DNA of 64,000 bases from an uncultured delta proteobacterium (GTDB taxonomy: Bacteria; Desulfobacterota; Binatia; UBA9968): NCBI GenBank assembly GCA_963804165.1, contig CAWDPO010000036.1, forward strand, positions 1 to 64,000, written 5' to 3'. The notes below the pieces were generated by a model. That model searched no databases and had not been told where the DNA came from. It saw only the letters and a list, made by a program, of their open reading frames with translations. Numbering within the stretch: position 1 is the stretch's first letter; every line of letters starts with the position of its first letter. A program made the translations under genes and the position numbers. Positions 1-10,291 of this stretch are shown here, piece after piece.

Positions 1-102
1 ATCGTTGCAGCTTACGGATCCAACTATGATCGCTTGGTGCAGATCAAAAAACGCTACGACCCGGATAATATTTTTCACTTGAACCAGAACATAAAACCGT
101 AA
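1..102 (+). CDS. C-terminal end of an FAD-linked oxidase (BBE domain), partial
   Basis: Frame 1 reads [30 protein letters not shown]-stop, the typical berberine-bridge-enzyme C-terminal motif. Confidence 0.85.
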   Translation: MVAAYGSNYDRLVQIKKRYDPDNIFHLNQNIKP

Positions 103-392
103 GGCGCATTTTGGTTTTATCGTGGGAATCCGTCGCAAAGAACCGATACGGCCAAAGCGACAATCGAATCCTCGACGCCCGGGTTCTGTTGAAAGGAAAC
201 CGTCGACTAAGAAACAAGAGCCGGACTGCCTTAGCAGCTCGGCTGACTACTGGATTGAGACCAATGAGCACAGTGAAGATCAAAACCGCGACGGCGGCGG
301 AGAAGGGTCCCGTTGTCAGCACGATCATGCGTGCATGCAGCGCGATTCCTGCGACGCGCCGACACCGAGATTGTTTGATGAAAGGAACGGAC

Positions 393-809
393 ATGAAGAA
401 GTTGGCTATGATCGTTCGGGACGACGGTTACGACAAATTACTTACGCCGCTGACGTTCGCTTACACGCAGGCGAAGGAGGGAGTCGAGGTCGACATGCTG
501 TTCGTACTCTGGGCGGTGCGCGCGCTCACCGAGGCGGGCGCACAGTCGGTCATCGTTGAGGGCCGCCACGCGGCGGAGACGGAATGGTTGCGCCAGCGCA
601 TGGCGGCCGACGGCGAGCCGACGGAAATTTACGACTACTTGAAGCTCCTAAAGGGCACCGGAAACGTCAGGCTTTACGGTTGTCGTTTCGCTGCCGCCAC
701 GTTCGATGTAGACGAGTCGAATCTTGTGCCAGAGGCAGAAGGTATCGTCGATCCCAGTTGGTTCTTGACCGAGAAAGCGTTGCAAGCGGATCATTGCCAG
801 TACTTCTGA
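393..809 (+). CDS. DsrE/DsrF/DrsH-like family protein
   Basis: AAGGA RBS before ATG 393; KKLAMIV start, [10 protein letters not shown] segment and conserved Cys in LYGCRFAA. Confidence 0.7.
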   Translation: MKKLAMIVRDDGYDKLLTPLTFAYTQAKEGVEVDMLFVLWAVRALTEAGAQSVIVEGRHAAETEWLRQRMAADGEPTEIYDYLKLLKGTGNVRLYGCRFAAATFDVDESNLVPEAEGIVDPSWFLTEKALQADHCQYF

Positions 810-991
810 GGATCAGCTAAAGCAATCGTCGCGTCCGATCTATTTCCGCCGCAGCGTCGCAGCGCTCGAAGATAACCAGCGTCTGCTTCCGCAAGTCGCG
901 GCCTTTTGCATCGTCGTTTGCACGCCGCGTCGGTGCTAGAGCGAGATTTGAGACAAGACGGAATCCGTTATGCGGCGATTATCTTTATTAT

Positions 992-1969
992 CTAAGCGAC
1001 GCGGTTTCGGTCGCGGCCCTGCAAAAAGGCTGCGATATTTTCCTTCACTTCTTCGAGCAAGCGCTCGCGCGCTTCGCGCGCGCTCCAGGCGGTATGCGGG
1101 GTGACGATTAGGTTATCCAATTCTTTGGCCGCGAGAATGATCGGGTGATCGGCGGGGGGTGGCTCTTTGCTGATGACGTCGAGGGCAGCAGCAGCGATTT
1201 GCCTCCTGCGCAGCGCGTTGATGAGCGCTACCTCATCGACCAGCGCGCCGCGCGCGGTGTTGATCAAGAACGCCGTCGGTTTCATCCATGACAATGTCTG
1301 CGCGTTGACTAGATGCCGTGTTTCCGGCGTAAGGGGGCAGTGCAGCGAGACAATGTCAGACTCGCGGAGCAATTGATCCAGGGAAATTCGACCCTTCGGA
1401 ATTGCTCCAGCCGGCCCGGGACGGACCGCAATTAAGACTTCAAGTCCGAAGCCGCGCGCCATCTGCGCGACCGTCCGGCCGATGTTTCCGTAGCCGACGA
1501 TGCCGAGTTTTTTGCCGCGTAGCTCGATCGTGGCATAGGTGAGCAAAGAAAAGACCGGACTCTTCTCCCATTCGCCGCGCTTGACGGCGTCGCCGTATAT
1601 TCCGGCACGGGTCGTTAATTCAAGCATCAGCGCCATGGTGAATTGTGCGACCGATTGCGTCGCGTAGCCCGGCACATTGCACACTTTGATGCCGCGCGTT
1701 GCCGCTTCCTGGCGGTCGATGATGTCGGTGCCGGTCGCTGCCACGGCGATGAGTTTCAAGTCCCGCGCTTCGGGTGAACTCAAGACAGTTCTATCGAAGA
1801 CGACTTTGTTCGTGACCGCGACGTTATGACCGGCGAGTTTTTGAATCGTTTCGGCAGGGCTCGTGACTTGATGAATCGTGCAATGCCAGGTGTCGGTGAA
1901 GCGTTTCAGCGAGATATCGCCGTAAGTCGCCGCGTCGAGAAAGACGACGCGGGTTTGCTGCCCGTTCAT
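992..1969 (-). CDS. D-2-hydroxyacid dehydrogenase (glycerate dehydrogenase/HprA-like)
   Basis: VFLDAAT, GIVGYGNIG, SLHCPLT, INTARG and TPHTAW motifs; ATGA overlap with the mazG stop. Confidence 0.9.
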   Translation of the reverse strand: MNGQQTRVVFLDAATYGDISLKRFTDTWHCTIHQVTSPAETIQKLAGHNVAVTNKVVFDRTVLSSPEARDLKLIAVAATGTDIIDRQEAATRGIKVCNVPGYATQSVAQFTMALMLELTTRAGIYGDAVKRGEWEKSPVFSLLTYATIELRGKKLGIVGYGNIGRTVAQMARGFGLEVLIAVRPGPAGAIPKGRISLDQLLRESDIVSLHCPLTPETRHLVNAQTLSWMKPTAFLINTARGALVDEVALINALRRRQIAAAALDVISKEPPPADHPIILAAKELDNLIVTPHTAWSAREARERLLEEVKENIAAFLQGRDRNRVA

Positions 1970-2799
1970 GCCGGAGTTTTCTCCCGAGCTTCGACCTTCT
2001 TTGCTTCTTCCCAAAATCGATCCATTTCTTCTAACGACGATTGATCGAAACTCTTGTCGGCTTGCTGCAGCTTGGCTTCAATGTAATGAAAGCGCCGGGT
2101 GAAGCGGTCGATGGTTTGCGCCAGGATCTCTTCCGCTTCGACGTCGAGGAACCGGGCGAGATTGACGAGCGAAAAAAGCAAATCGCCCAGCTCTTCACCG
2201 GTACGCGCTTTGTCGCCGGACTCGGCTGCGTTCTTGAGTTCGCGGATTTCCTCCTCGACCTTTCCCCAAACCGGTCCAATGGCGGGCCAATCGAAACCCA
2301 GATGCGAAGCTCTTCGGGTAACGCTTTGGGCGCGGGCTAGCGCCGGCATCGCTTTGGGCACGTTGCCCAGCGCCGATTTTGATTCGCCGTCTTTCCTTTC
2401 GCTTACTTTGATCTGCAACCGTTGCTTCAACACAGAAGCGGTGTCTTCGGGTATCGGTTCGCCGGCGAATACGTAGGGATGGCGGCGGACGAGCTTGTCT
2501 GTGAGTTGAGTAATGACATCCTTGGCGGTGAATCTGCCTTCTTCGGCGGCGATCTGGGAGTGAAAAATCACTTGGAGCAAAACATCGCCCAGTTCTTCTT
2601 TTAACTTTTTGGGATCGCCGTCGTCCAGGGCGTCGATGAGCTCATAGGTCTCCTCGATCAAGCAAGGTTTGAGAGAAAGATGGGTCTGCTCCTTATCCCA
2701 GGGACAGCCGGTTTCACTGCGCAGCCGCGCCATCACGTCCAGCAATTCGCCGAACTTTTCTTCAGTTTCTTTGTTGTTATTCACGAGTCGTACCTCCAC
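1966..2799 (-). CDS. mazG: Nucleoside triphosphate pyrophosphohydrolase MazG
   Basis: GCPWDKEQT, EELGDVLLQ, RRHPYVF, GFDW and second EELGDLLF motifs. Confidence 0.95.
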   Translation of the reverse strand: MEVRLVNNNKETEEKFGELLDVMARLRSETGCPWDKEQTHLSLKPCLIEETYELIDALDDGDPKKLKEELGDVLLQVIFHSQIAAEEGRFTAKDVITQLTDKLVRRHPYVFAGEPIPEDTASVLKQRLQIKVSERKDGESKSALGNVPKAMPALARAQSVTRRASHLGFDWPAIGPVWGKVEEEIRELKNAAESGDKARTGEELGDLLFSLVNLARFLDVEAEEILAQTIDRFTRRFHYIEAKLQQADKSFDQSSLEEMDRFWEEAKKVEAREKTPA

Positions 2800-2889
2800 G
2801 GCCGTTGCGGCTTTTCTTGGCGCCCGGCACTGTGGTAGATCTTACGTGCCGCGTGTTTTGAAGTCCAGAAGAAGCGTTGGAGGAAAACG

Positions 2890-3738
2890 ATGCCCAGTGT
2901 GACGATTGACGGAATCGATACCTATTATGAAACTCATGGCACAGGGGCGCCAATTCTCATGTGCGCGCCCGGTGGTTTCGACGCGACCATCGACAAGTGG
3001 CGCACGGCGACGGCGTGGACGGGCATGGATGCGATCGAAGCGCTTGCCGGCGAACATACGGTCATTCTGTATGACCGGCGCGAGTGCGGCCGATCCGGCG
3101 GGCGAGTAGAAAGATTGAACTGGGCGAGTTACACGCGGCACGGCAAGGCGTTGCTCGATCATTTGAACATTGACTCCGCTTGGATCATGGGTGGTTGCAT
3201 GGGCTGCTCGGTGGCGCTAGCTTTCGGGGTACATTATCCCGAAGCGACGCGCGGTCTCGTGCTACATTGGCCGGTGGGAGGCTATCGTTGGAAAGTGAAC
3301 TGCCAAGAGCGCTTTTTGCGCCATTACAACTTCGCCAAGCAAAATGCTTTGCAGGGCGTGGTCGAGCGCGCGCGCGGCGGCAAAAGTTTTTGGATGGACT
3401 CGGAAGGAGGACCGTGGGCGACTGAGGTTTCGCGCAATCATACATTCGCGGACAATTTCGCCAGCCAGGACTTAGAGCGGTATTTGGCAATCATTCTCAC
3501 CAGCGGCCGCAGCTTATTCGACCGCGACACCGCGCCCGGTGCCGAGCCGGAAGAAGTCATGGGCATCAAAGCGCCGTCGCTGATCATTCCTGGCGACGAT
3601 CCATCGCATGCTACTTCAGGCGCGCACTACTTGCGCGAACTGCTGCCTAAATCGGAATTCTGGAACGTCATGCCGCCGGAACAGACGACGCACAAAGTTT
3701 GCGATCGGGTGCTGGAGTTTTGCCACGAGCATCGTTAA
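2890..3738 (+). CDS. Alpha/beta fold hydrolase
   Basis: YDRRECGRS, GGCMG nucleophile elbow (Cys instead of Ser), GDDPSH; GAGGA RBS. Confidence 0.8.
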   Translation: MPSVTIDGIDTYYETHGTGAPILMCAPGGFDATIDKWRTATAWTGMDAIEALAGEHTVILYDRRECGRSGGRVERLNWASYTRHGKALLDHLNIDSAWIMGGCMGCSVALAFGVHYPEATRGLVLHWPVGGYRWKVNCQERFLRHYNFAKQNALQGVVERARGGKSFWMDSEGGPWATEVSRNHTFADNFASQDLERYLAIILTSGRSLFDRDTAPGAEPEEVMGIKAPSLIIPGDDPSHATSGAHYLRELLPKSEFWNVMPPEQTTHKVCDRVLEFCHEHR

Positions 3739-3832
3739 TTGAGGATGCAGGTTTGCCGTTTTGGGTGTGGACCGAGGAAAAAAAATTTGATAGAGCGATT
3801 CAAAACGTTGAGAATTTCTAAGGAGGACGGAT

Positions 3833-4555
3833 ATGGATGTGACGAGTTCGACGGTTCAACTTAACACTCCAGATGGAAAGATGGACTCCTACGTGGCGCA
3901 GCCAAAGGACAGCGGGAGCTATCCGGGCATTGTCGTCATTCAGGAAGCTTTTGGGGTCAATAGCCATATAAAAAAAGTTACCGAACGGATCGCCGCCGAG
4001 GGCTACGTTGCCATCGCACCGGATATTTTTCATCGAGAAGCGGAACGCATTATTCCATATTCGGAGATGCCGAAGGCGATCGCGACTTTGCAGCGGGTGG
4101 TCGATGGCAAGGCGATGGAAGACGTCGGCGCTGCAATTGCCTATTTGAAATCTCAAAGCAACGTCAAGTCCGGCTCCCTCGGTGTTATCGGCTTTTGCAT
4201 GGGTGGGCGGCTGACGTATTTAACGGCGGCGCATCACGCCAGTGACATCAAGGCCGCAGTGCCGTATTACGGCGGTGGCATTCCAATGGGCAATCCGAGC
4301 CCGCTATCGCGCACCGGCGAGATCAAGTGTCCAATGTATTTATTCTTCGGCGCCAAGGATCAGTTGATCCCCGCGGATCATGTCAACCAGATCAAGGCGG
4401 AGCTCACGGCGAAAAAGGTTGATTTTAAGATGGAAGTCTATCCGGATGCGGGCCATGGTTTCTTCTGCGACGAGCGCGGCAGCTACCACGAGGCGTCGGC
4501 GAAAGATGCTTGGGAAAAGACCAAGTCGTTCTTTGCCCAGCATCTAAAGAAGTAA
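3833..4555 (+). CDS. Dienelactone hydrolase family protein
   Basis: QEAFG, GFCMGG and AGHGF motifs. Confidence 0.92.
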   Translation: MDVTSSTVQLNTPDGKMDSYVAQPKDSGSYPGIVVIQEAFGVNSHIKKVTERIAAEGYVAIAPDIFHREAERIIPYSEMPKAIATLQRVVDGKAMEDVGAAIAYLKSQSNVKSGSLGVIGFCMGGRLTYLTAAHHASDIKAAVPYYGGGIPMGNPSPLSRTGEIKCPMYLFFGAKDQLIPADHVNQIKAELTAKKVDFKMEVYPDAGHGFFCDERGSYHEASAKDAWEKTKSFFAQHLKK

Positions 4556-4658
4556 TCTCGCAGCCGATTTATTTTTGGGAGAGGAAGGGGAATCGCCTTT
4601 CCTCTCCCTTTTTTTATTTTTACACGGTACATTGAGCGGAACAGGCAAGGTTTACCTC

Positions 4659-5555
4659 ATGGCGCAAAACAAGGTTAAGGAACAGGTGACTTTGGGGCTC
4701 ATCCAAATGAGCGCCGGCGAGACTCCATCGGCGAATCTCGCCAAGGCCATCGTGCGTGTCGTCTCAGCGGCGAAAAAGGGCGCGCAGATCGTTTGCCTGC
4801 AGGAACTTTTTCGCTCGCGGTACTTTTGCCAAAGCGAAAATCAGCGGAATTTCAAATTGGCCGAGCCGATTCCCGGCCCGACGACGGAGGCGCTGGCGGC
4901 GGTAGCCTCGGAGCGGGAGATCGTCATTATTGCGTCGGTGTTCGAACGAAGGTCGGCGGGCATCTACCACAACACAGCGGTTGTCATCGATGCCGATGGA
5001 TCGACCGCGGGAATGTATCGCAAGATGCATATTCCCGACGATCCGCTTTACTACGAGAAATTTTATTTCACGCCGGGCGATCTCGGCTTTCCCAGCTTCC
5101 AAACCCGCTACGCAAGGATTGGCGCTCTGGTCTGCTGGGACCAATGGTTTCCCGAGGGTGCCCGATCGAGCGCATTGTCGGGGGCGCAGATTCTCTTTTA
5201 TCCGACCGCGATCGGTTGGATTCCCAACGAACCGCGACCCGTGGCGCAACGCCAGCGCGATGCTTGGGAGTTGATCCAGCGCTCGCACGCCGTCGCCAAC
5301 GGAGTTTATGTGGCTTCGGTCAATCGGGTGGGGCGCGAGGGCAAAATCAAATTTTGGGGCAATTCGTTCGTCGCCGGTCCGTTCGGTGAGATGATCGCGC
5401 ATGCCGGCGCCGAGCGAGAAGAGATTTTGCTCGCCAAGTGCGATCTCGGCAAGATCGAAGAGACGCGCCAAAGTTGGCCGTTCCTGCGCGACCGGCGCAT
5501 CGATGCGTACGGACCGCTACTGTTGCGCGCAGTGGAAGAGCGCAAGCGCGATTAA
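4659..5555 (+). CDS. aguB: N-carbamoylputrescine amidase (carbon-nitrogen hydrolase)
   Basis: LQELF, YRKMHIPDDPLYYEKFYF, VCWDQWFPE and WPFLRDRR motifs; adjacent to agmatine deiminase. Confidence 0.88.
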   Translation: MAQNKVKEQVTLGLIQMSAGETPSANLAKAIVRVVSAAKKGAQIVCLQELFRSRYFCQSENQRNFKLAEPIPGPTTEALAAVASEREIVIIASVFERRSAGIYHNTAVVIDADGSTAGMYRKMHIPDDPLYYEKFYFTPGDLGFPSFQTRYARIGALVCWDQWFPEGARSSALSGAQILFYPTAIGWIPNEPRPVAQRQRDAWELIQRSHAVANGVYVASVNRVGREGKIKFWGNSFVAGPFGEMIAHAGAEREEILLAKCDLGKIEETRQSWPFLRDRRIDAYGPLLLRAVEERKRD

Positions 5556-5582
5556 GTTCCAGCCCTTTGATTCCGTCGTTCC

Positions 5583-6653
5583 ATGAGTTCTTCAGACACA
5601 AAACCCGTGACGCCGCGTTCTCTCGGCTACTCGATGCCTGCCGAGTGGGCACGACATCGAGCGACTTGGCTGTCCTGGCCGCACAATCAAGAAACCTGGC
5701 CGACGCAACTGGAAAAAGTGCGCGATGTCTGGATTCAAATGATCTGTGCCTTGTCACCCCATGAGCGAGTTGAGCTTCTAGTGAACGATGAGCCGACCGA
5801 GCGGGAGGTCGCCGCGCGATTGGCTAGAGCGCGCGCCGCGATGGAAAACGTGACGCTGCTCAAAATTCCCACGGTCGATGTCTGGATGCGCGACTATGGA
5901 CCGACTTTCATCACGCGTAACGGACCGGAGAATTCATTGGCGCTCAACGATTGGATCTTCAACGGTTGGGGCGGAAAATATAAGGCCTACGAAGAAGATG
6001 AACTCATTGCCAGGGCAATCGCAGAGAAACTAAAAATTCCGGTCTTCGACCATAAGATTATTCTAGAAGGCGGTTCCATCGAGGTGAATGGCGCTGGCAC
6101 CTGCATGACCACGGAACAGTGTCTTTTGAACAAGAACCGTAATCCGCGCTTGAGTCGCGCTGAGATCGAGGAATTCCTTCACGGCGCCCTGGGGGTGAGT
6201 CATATGATCTGGCTCGGCGAGGGCATCGTCGGCGACGATACCGACGGCCATATCGACGATATTGCGCGCTTCGTCAATCCAACTACGGTGGTCTGCATCG
6301 TTGAAGCGAATTCAAAAGATGAGAATTACGGCTTCCTGCAGGAAAATTACGAGCGATTGCAGCGCGGCACGGATCAAAACGGCGATAAACTCTCGATCGT
6401 GAAATTGCCTTGCCCCCAACCCGTATACTACGACGGCGCGCGTTTGCCGGCGAGTTACGCGAATTTTTATGTTGCGAACGGCGTCGTGCTGGTGCCGATT
6501 TTCGATGACCCCCATGACGCCGAGGCTCTCGGGGTCCTGCAGGAGTTGTTTGCCGACCGAAAGATCGTCGGCCTGCGCTGCAATGAAGTCGTCGCGGGCT
6601 TGGGCGCAATTCACTGCGTGACGCAACAGGAGCCCGTCCCGTTTTTGTCGTGA
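5583..6653 (+). CDS. aguA: Agmatine deiminase family protein
   Basis: MPAEW, WMRDYGP, LEGGSI, DTDGHID and GAIHCVTQQ motifs. Confidence 0.92.
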   Translation: MSSSDTKPVTPRSLGYSMPAEWARHRATWLSWPHNQETWPTQLEKVRDVWIQMICALSPHERVELLVNDEPTEREVAARLARARAAMENVTLLKIPTVDVWMRDYGPTFITRNGPENSLALNDWIFNGWGGKYKAYEEDELIARAIAEKLKIPVFDHKIILEGGSIEVNGAGTCMTTEQCLLNKNRNPRLSRAEIEEFLHGALGVSHMIWLGEGIVGDDTDGHIDDIARFVNPTTVVCIVEANSKDENYGFLQENYERLQRGTDQNGDKLSIVKLPCPQPVYYDGARLPASYANFYVANGVVLVPIFDDPHDAEALGVLQELFADRKIVGLRCNEVVAGLGAIHCVTQQEPVPFLS

Positions 6654-6861
6654 ACTTGCGGCTCGCGCGGCCGAAACTCTTTCTCGATCGAGGCGTGTTT
6701 CCCCGCGGTCGCCGCCGCAGCCGAAGGACGCTTACGCTTTGGGATTGTCAGAGCCGCGATTCATGAGCAAGCCGGGTTCGCCGGAATCCCTGCTTTGAAC
6801 TAAGCTCTTTAGCTGCGCTCACCCATGACGACCGACCTATGGAATAAAAGTCGCTGAGCCC

Positions 6862-6889
6862 TTGACAATTTTTCGCACTGACCTATTCT
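6862..6889 (+). promoter_or_regulatory. Putative sigma70 promoter (TTGACA-16-TATTCT)
   Basis: TTGACA at 6862-6867 and TATTCT at 6884-6889, 10 nt before ATG 6900. Confidence 0.55.
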
Positions 6890-6899
6890 AGCCGGTGTT

Positions 6900-7112
6900 A
6901 TGGGTCAGCTCATCCAAATCAACGAACTGCACCAGGCGCGCCGCCGCCGCTCCGAAAAAGTGAGCATGGAACAGTGTGTGGAGCTGTTGGAATGGAACCT
7001 AAAAAAGAGCGTGGACGATTATTTCATTTCTCCCCGCGAAGAACGCTCCATACGCGCGACGCAGATTCGTAAGCTCAGTGAGATTTTGGAGTACGCCGTA
7101 AGACTGCTCTGA
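6900..7112 (+). CDS. Small hypothetical protein (70 aa)
   Basis: Helical-looking ORF directly after a promoter and 17 bp before rmuC. Confidence 0.65.
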   Translation: MGQLIQINELHQARRRRSEKVSMEQCVELLEWNLKKSVDDYFISPREERSIRATQIRKLSEILEYAVRLL

Positions 7113-7129
7113 TTGCGCCACGGTTCATC

Positions 7130-8254
7130 GTGGAACTGTCAAACTCCCTCGTCCTGGTTCTCCTCTTATTCCTGGGTTTAGCTCTCCTCGGTTGGATTTT
7201 GCTAGTCCGATTAGAGTCGCTTCTCCAAAAAAAAAGAGAAGACCCGTCGCTGCTATTGATGCAGCAGCAGATCGGCGAGCTGCGCGTTCAATTCAGCCAG
7301 GTCTTGGACAACAACGCTCAATCGATCCAACAACAGTTGGGACAAATGCTCAACCACGTCAACGAACGGCTCAAAGAGAACACCGAAGTCTTGGCTAAGA
7401 CCCAGCAGAGTTTGGGCGAACGTTTGGACAATGCCGCGCAAGTCGTCGGCAATGTTCAACGGAGCCTGGGCGGGCTCGAAGAAGCCAATCGAAGAATTTA
7501 CGAAGTCGGCAAGGATATCGCTTCACTCCAGGAAATTTTACGGGCACCCAAACTCAGGGGCGGATTGGGCGAATATTTGCTCGAAGACTTGCTGGCGCAA
7601 ATTCTGCCAGCGGAGCACTTTGTCATGCAGTACCGATTTCAGAGCGGCGAAAAAGTCGACGCGGTGATCAAGCTCGGACCGTCGCTGGTTCCCGTGGACG
7701 CGAAATTTCCCTTGGAGAACTTCAAGCGAATCGTGGAAGCCGCGAACGACGACGAAAAGAGCCGGGCAAAAAAGCAATTCATCGCGGATGTGAAGAAGCA
7801 TATCGACGCCATCGCGACGAAGTACATCGTGCCCGACGAAGGCACCTATGATTTTGCACTCATGTATATTCCGGCGGAGAATGTTTATTATGAAACGATT
7901 ATTCGTGATGACGCGCCGGCCGAGAAGAGCCTTTCCCAACATGCGATGGCCCGACGCGTGATGCCAGTTTCGCCGAACAGTTTTTATGCGTACCTTCAGG
8001 CCATTGTTTTGGGTCTGAAGGGCATGAAGATCGAAGACCGCGCCAGGGAAATTATCCAGTACCTTGGCCGTCTTCAAGGTGATTTTGCCAGATTCCGCGA
8101 CGAATTCGCGTTGCTTGGCAAACATGTGGGCCACGCTCAATCGAGCTATCAAAGTGCCGACCGCCGCTTGGAACAATTCGGCCAAAAGCTCCAGGTCGCG
8201 GAGGCAGATCAGCGAGAGCCCTCCGAGCCTCAAGCTGTGAGCCGGCCAGGATAA
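7130..8254 (+). CDS. rmuC: DNA recombination protein RmuC
   Basis: N-terminal TM and coiled coil; PKLRGGLGE, VDAKFPLE, DFALMYIPAENVY and VSPNS motifs. Confidence 0.92.
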   Translation: MELSNSLVLVLLLFLGLALLGWILLVRLESLLQKKREDPSLLLMQQQIGELRVQFSQVLDNNAQSIQQQLGQMLNHVNERLKENTEVLAKTQQSLGERLDNAAQVVGNVQRSLGGLEEANRRIYEVGKDIASLQEILRAPKLRGGLGEYLLEDLLAQILPAEHFVMQYRFQSGEKVDAVIKLGPSLVPVDAKFPLENFKRIVEAANDDEKSRAKKQFIADVKKHIDAIATKYIVPDEGTYDFALMYIPAENVYYETIIRDDAPAEKSLSQHAMARRVMPVSPNSFYAYLQAIVLGLKGMKIEDRAREIIQYLGRLQGDFARFRDEFALLGKHVGHAQSSYQSADRRLEQFGQKLQVAEADQREPSEPQAVSRPG

Positions 8255-8289
8255 AAGTTCGGATTAGGAACGAGGGGGAAAAGAGTCAC

Positions 8290-9732
8290 GTGCGGTTAAC
8301 TTTGTTTTCCCGCCTCACCATCGGCTATCTTGCTATTTTCCTGATCGTGGCGCTCGCGAGCGGCAACGCGGTGCTGCAGCTGCGCCACTTTCGTGAGCTC
8401 ACCGAGACTATTTTAAGCGTCGACAACCGGATTATCGACCACGAGAAAATGCTTGCCGACCTGCTGTTGGCACAAAGCCGCGCTGAACAAAAGTTTGCCA
8501 TTACGCGAGATGAGACATTTTACCAACAATTCATTGGTCTCAAATCCGACTTCGGCGCGCAGCTCGAGAGCGCCTTTGCCCTAAACGACTCGGCGGCTTC
8601 CCCGATCCTGAAAAGCGTTCAGCAGGATTTCCGGCGTTATGACGAATTAGTCCAAGCCGAGGCCCGCTTGGTGCGTACCAACAAGCCCTACCCACAGGCT
8701 CAGATAAAGCAGGACAAAGATGTTTTGGTCGATTCGCTTCTGGCTTCTTTTGAGCAGTTAAGACTGAACCAACAACAAGCGACCCGCTCCAAGGTGACGG
8801 ATCTTGCCGCGGCTACGGATCGAGCCCGCGAAGTATCCGTGACGATCGCCATCGCCTGCCTGCTGGCGATCATTGCCATGTCCCTGTTGATCACCAAAAG
8901 CATCACGCGTCCGATCGGGTTGTTGAAGAACAAGACTCGTGAAATTGCCGAGGGCAACTTCGACGGCAAGCTCCAGGTGACTTCACCACCGGAAATCGGG
9001 GAATTGGCCACTGCGATCAATTCGATGTGCGAAAAATTGCACGAGCTCGATCGCATCAAGGCGGATTTTTTTGCCGCGATGTCGCACGAATTGCGCACTC
9101 CTTTGACTTCGATCAAAGAAGGAACCGGCCTGTTGCTCGACGGCGTCGGCGGCGAAACATCGGAAAAGCAACGCAAGCTTTTAGGAATCCTGGCCGAAGA
9201 AAGCAATCGACTGATCAGCCTGGTCAATTCGCTTCTAGACTATTCCAAGATGGAAGCCGGCATGATGGCGTACGATTTCGAGATCAGCGGCGTCGACCCA
9301 CTGATTAAACGTGCCATCGCAGAGATTATCCCTTTGGTCGAGGCGAAGCAGATCCATCTTGAGAGCGCAGTGGAGGAATCGCTGCCCACGATCCGAGTCG
9401 ATCCTGAGCGGATGCTTCAGGTCCTGCGAAACTTGCTCGCCAACGCGGTGAAGTTTAGCCCGAAGGGTGGCCAGGTGAGCATCACGGCAAAACCGGCCGA
9501 TGGCAAATTGGAAATTTCTGTGAAAGACTCTGGACCTGGCATACCCGCGGACAGTTTGGTGTCTATTTTTGAAAAATTTAACCAAGGAAGTCACCAAGGC
9601 CCGCATGCCCGTCAGGGAACCGGATTGGGCTTGGCGATTGCCAAGAGCATTATAACATCGCACGGCGGCAAAATATGGGCCGAAAGCCAATTAGGCAAAG
9701 GCAGTACTTTCATTTTTGTATTGCCCTGCTAA
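8290..9732 (+). CDS. Sensor histidine kinase (2 TM, HAMP, HisKA, HATPase), GlrK/QseE-like
   Basis: SHELRTPL, NLLANAVKF, DSGPGI and GTGLGL boxes. Confidence 0.92.
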   Translation: MRLTLFSRLTIGYLAIFLIVALASGNAVLQLRHFRELTETILSVDNRIIDHEKMLADLLLAQSRAEQKFAITRDETFYQQFIGLKSDFGAQLESAFALNDSAASPILKSVQQDFRRYDELVQAEARLVRTNKPYPQAQIKQDKDVLVDSLLASFEQLRLNQQQATRSKVTDLAAATDRAREVSVTIAIACLLAIIAMSLLITKSITRPIGLLKNKTREIAEGNFDGKLQVTSPPEIGELATAINSMCEKLHELDRIKADFFAAMSHELRTPLTSIKEGTGLLLDGVGGETSEKQRKLLGILAEESNRLISLVNSLLDYSKMEAGMMAYDFEISGVDPLIKRAIAEIIPLVEAKQIHLESAVEESLPTIRVDPERMLQVLRNLLANAVKFSPKGGQVSITAKPADGKLEISVKDSGPGIPADSLVSIFEKFNQGSHQGPHARQGTGLGLAIAKSIITSHGGKIWAESQLGKGSTFIFVLPC

Positions 9733-10283
9733 TATTTCTTTCCGGCTGCACCGTGTGGCAAGAATCGAGCCGGGGGCGGGAAATGCGCGACTCGCTCCTC
9801 GTGGCCGATGACTTGTTTGCGCGCGGAGATTTTGACGGATCGTTAAATGCGTTTCAGAAAATCTTCGACGCGGCGCACGACCGCCCACCGGCGGACAGAG
9901 CGGCATACAGCATCGGTCTGATCTATGCTCATCCGCAAAATCCCAACAGGGACGTGCAAAAGGCGAGGAGGTCTTTAGATCGGATCATTCGCCAGTATCC
10001 GGATAGCCCATGGGCGGAACAGGCCCGGATATGGGTCGGAGTGTTAGACGAAACCGAAGAGTCGAAGCGTGAAATTGAACAGGTGAGGCGGGATCTCGAG
10101 ACTTCGAAAGAGGAAATTGAAAAGAAACGGCTTGCGATTGAAAAGTCTAAACAAGAAGTCGATAAGTCTCGTCTCGAGCTCGAGAAAACCAAACAGGAAA
10201 TCGAGAAAACCAAGCAGGTGATTGAAAAGTCCAAACAAGTGGACATCGAAATCGATCAAAAGCGACGCGATCGCGGAAGATAG
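9675..10283 (+). CDS. TPR-like lipoprotein with coiled-coil tail (QseG-like position)
   Basis: Lipobox LSGC, YPDSPWA motif and EIEKTKQ heptad repeats; lies between kinase and regulator. Confidence 0.75.
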   Translation: MGRKPIRQRQYFHFCIALLIFLSGCTVWQESSRGREMRDSLLVADDLFARGDFDGSLNAFQKIFDAAHDRPPADRAAYSIGLIYAHPQNPNRDVQKARRSLDRIIRQYPDSPWAEQARIWVGVLDETEESKREIEQVRRDLETSKEEIEKKRLAIEKSKQEVDKSRLELEKTKQEIEKTKQVIEKSKQVDIEIDQKRRDRGR

Positions 10284-10291
10284 AAATTATC

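Noticed and set aside
6654-6860. 200-bp intergenic region as a possible structured ncRNA
   Set aside because: No recognisable tRNA, 6S, SRP or riboswitch signature and no clear terminator
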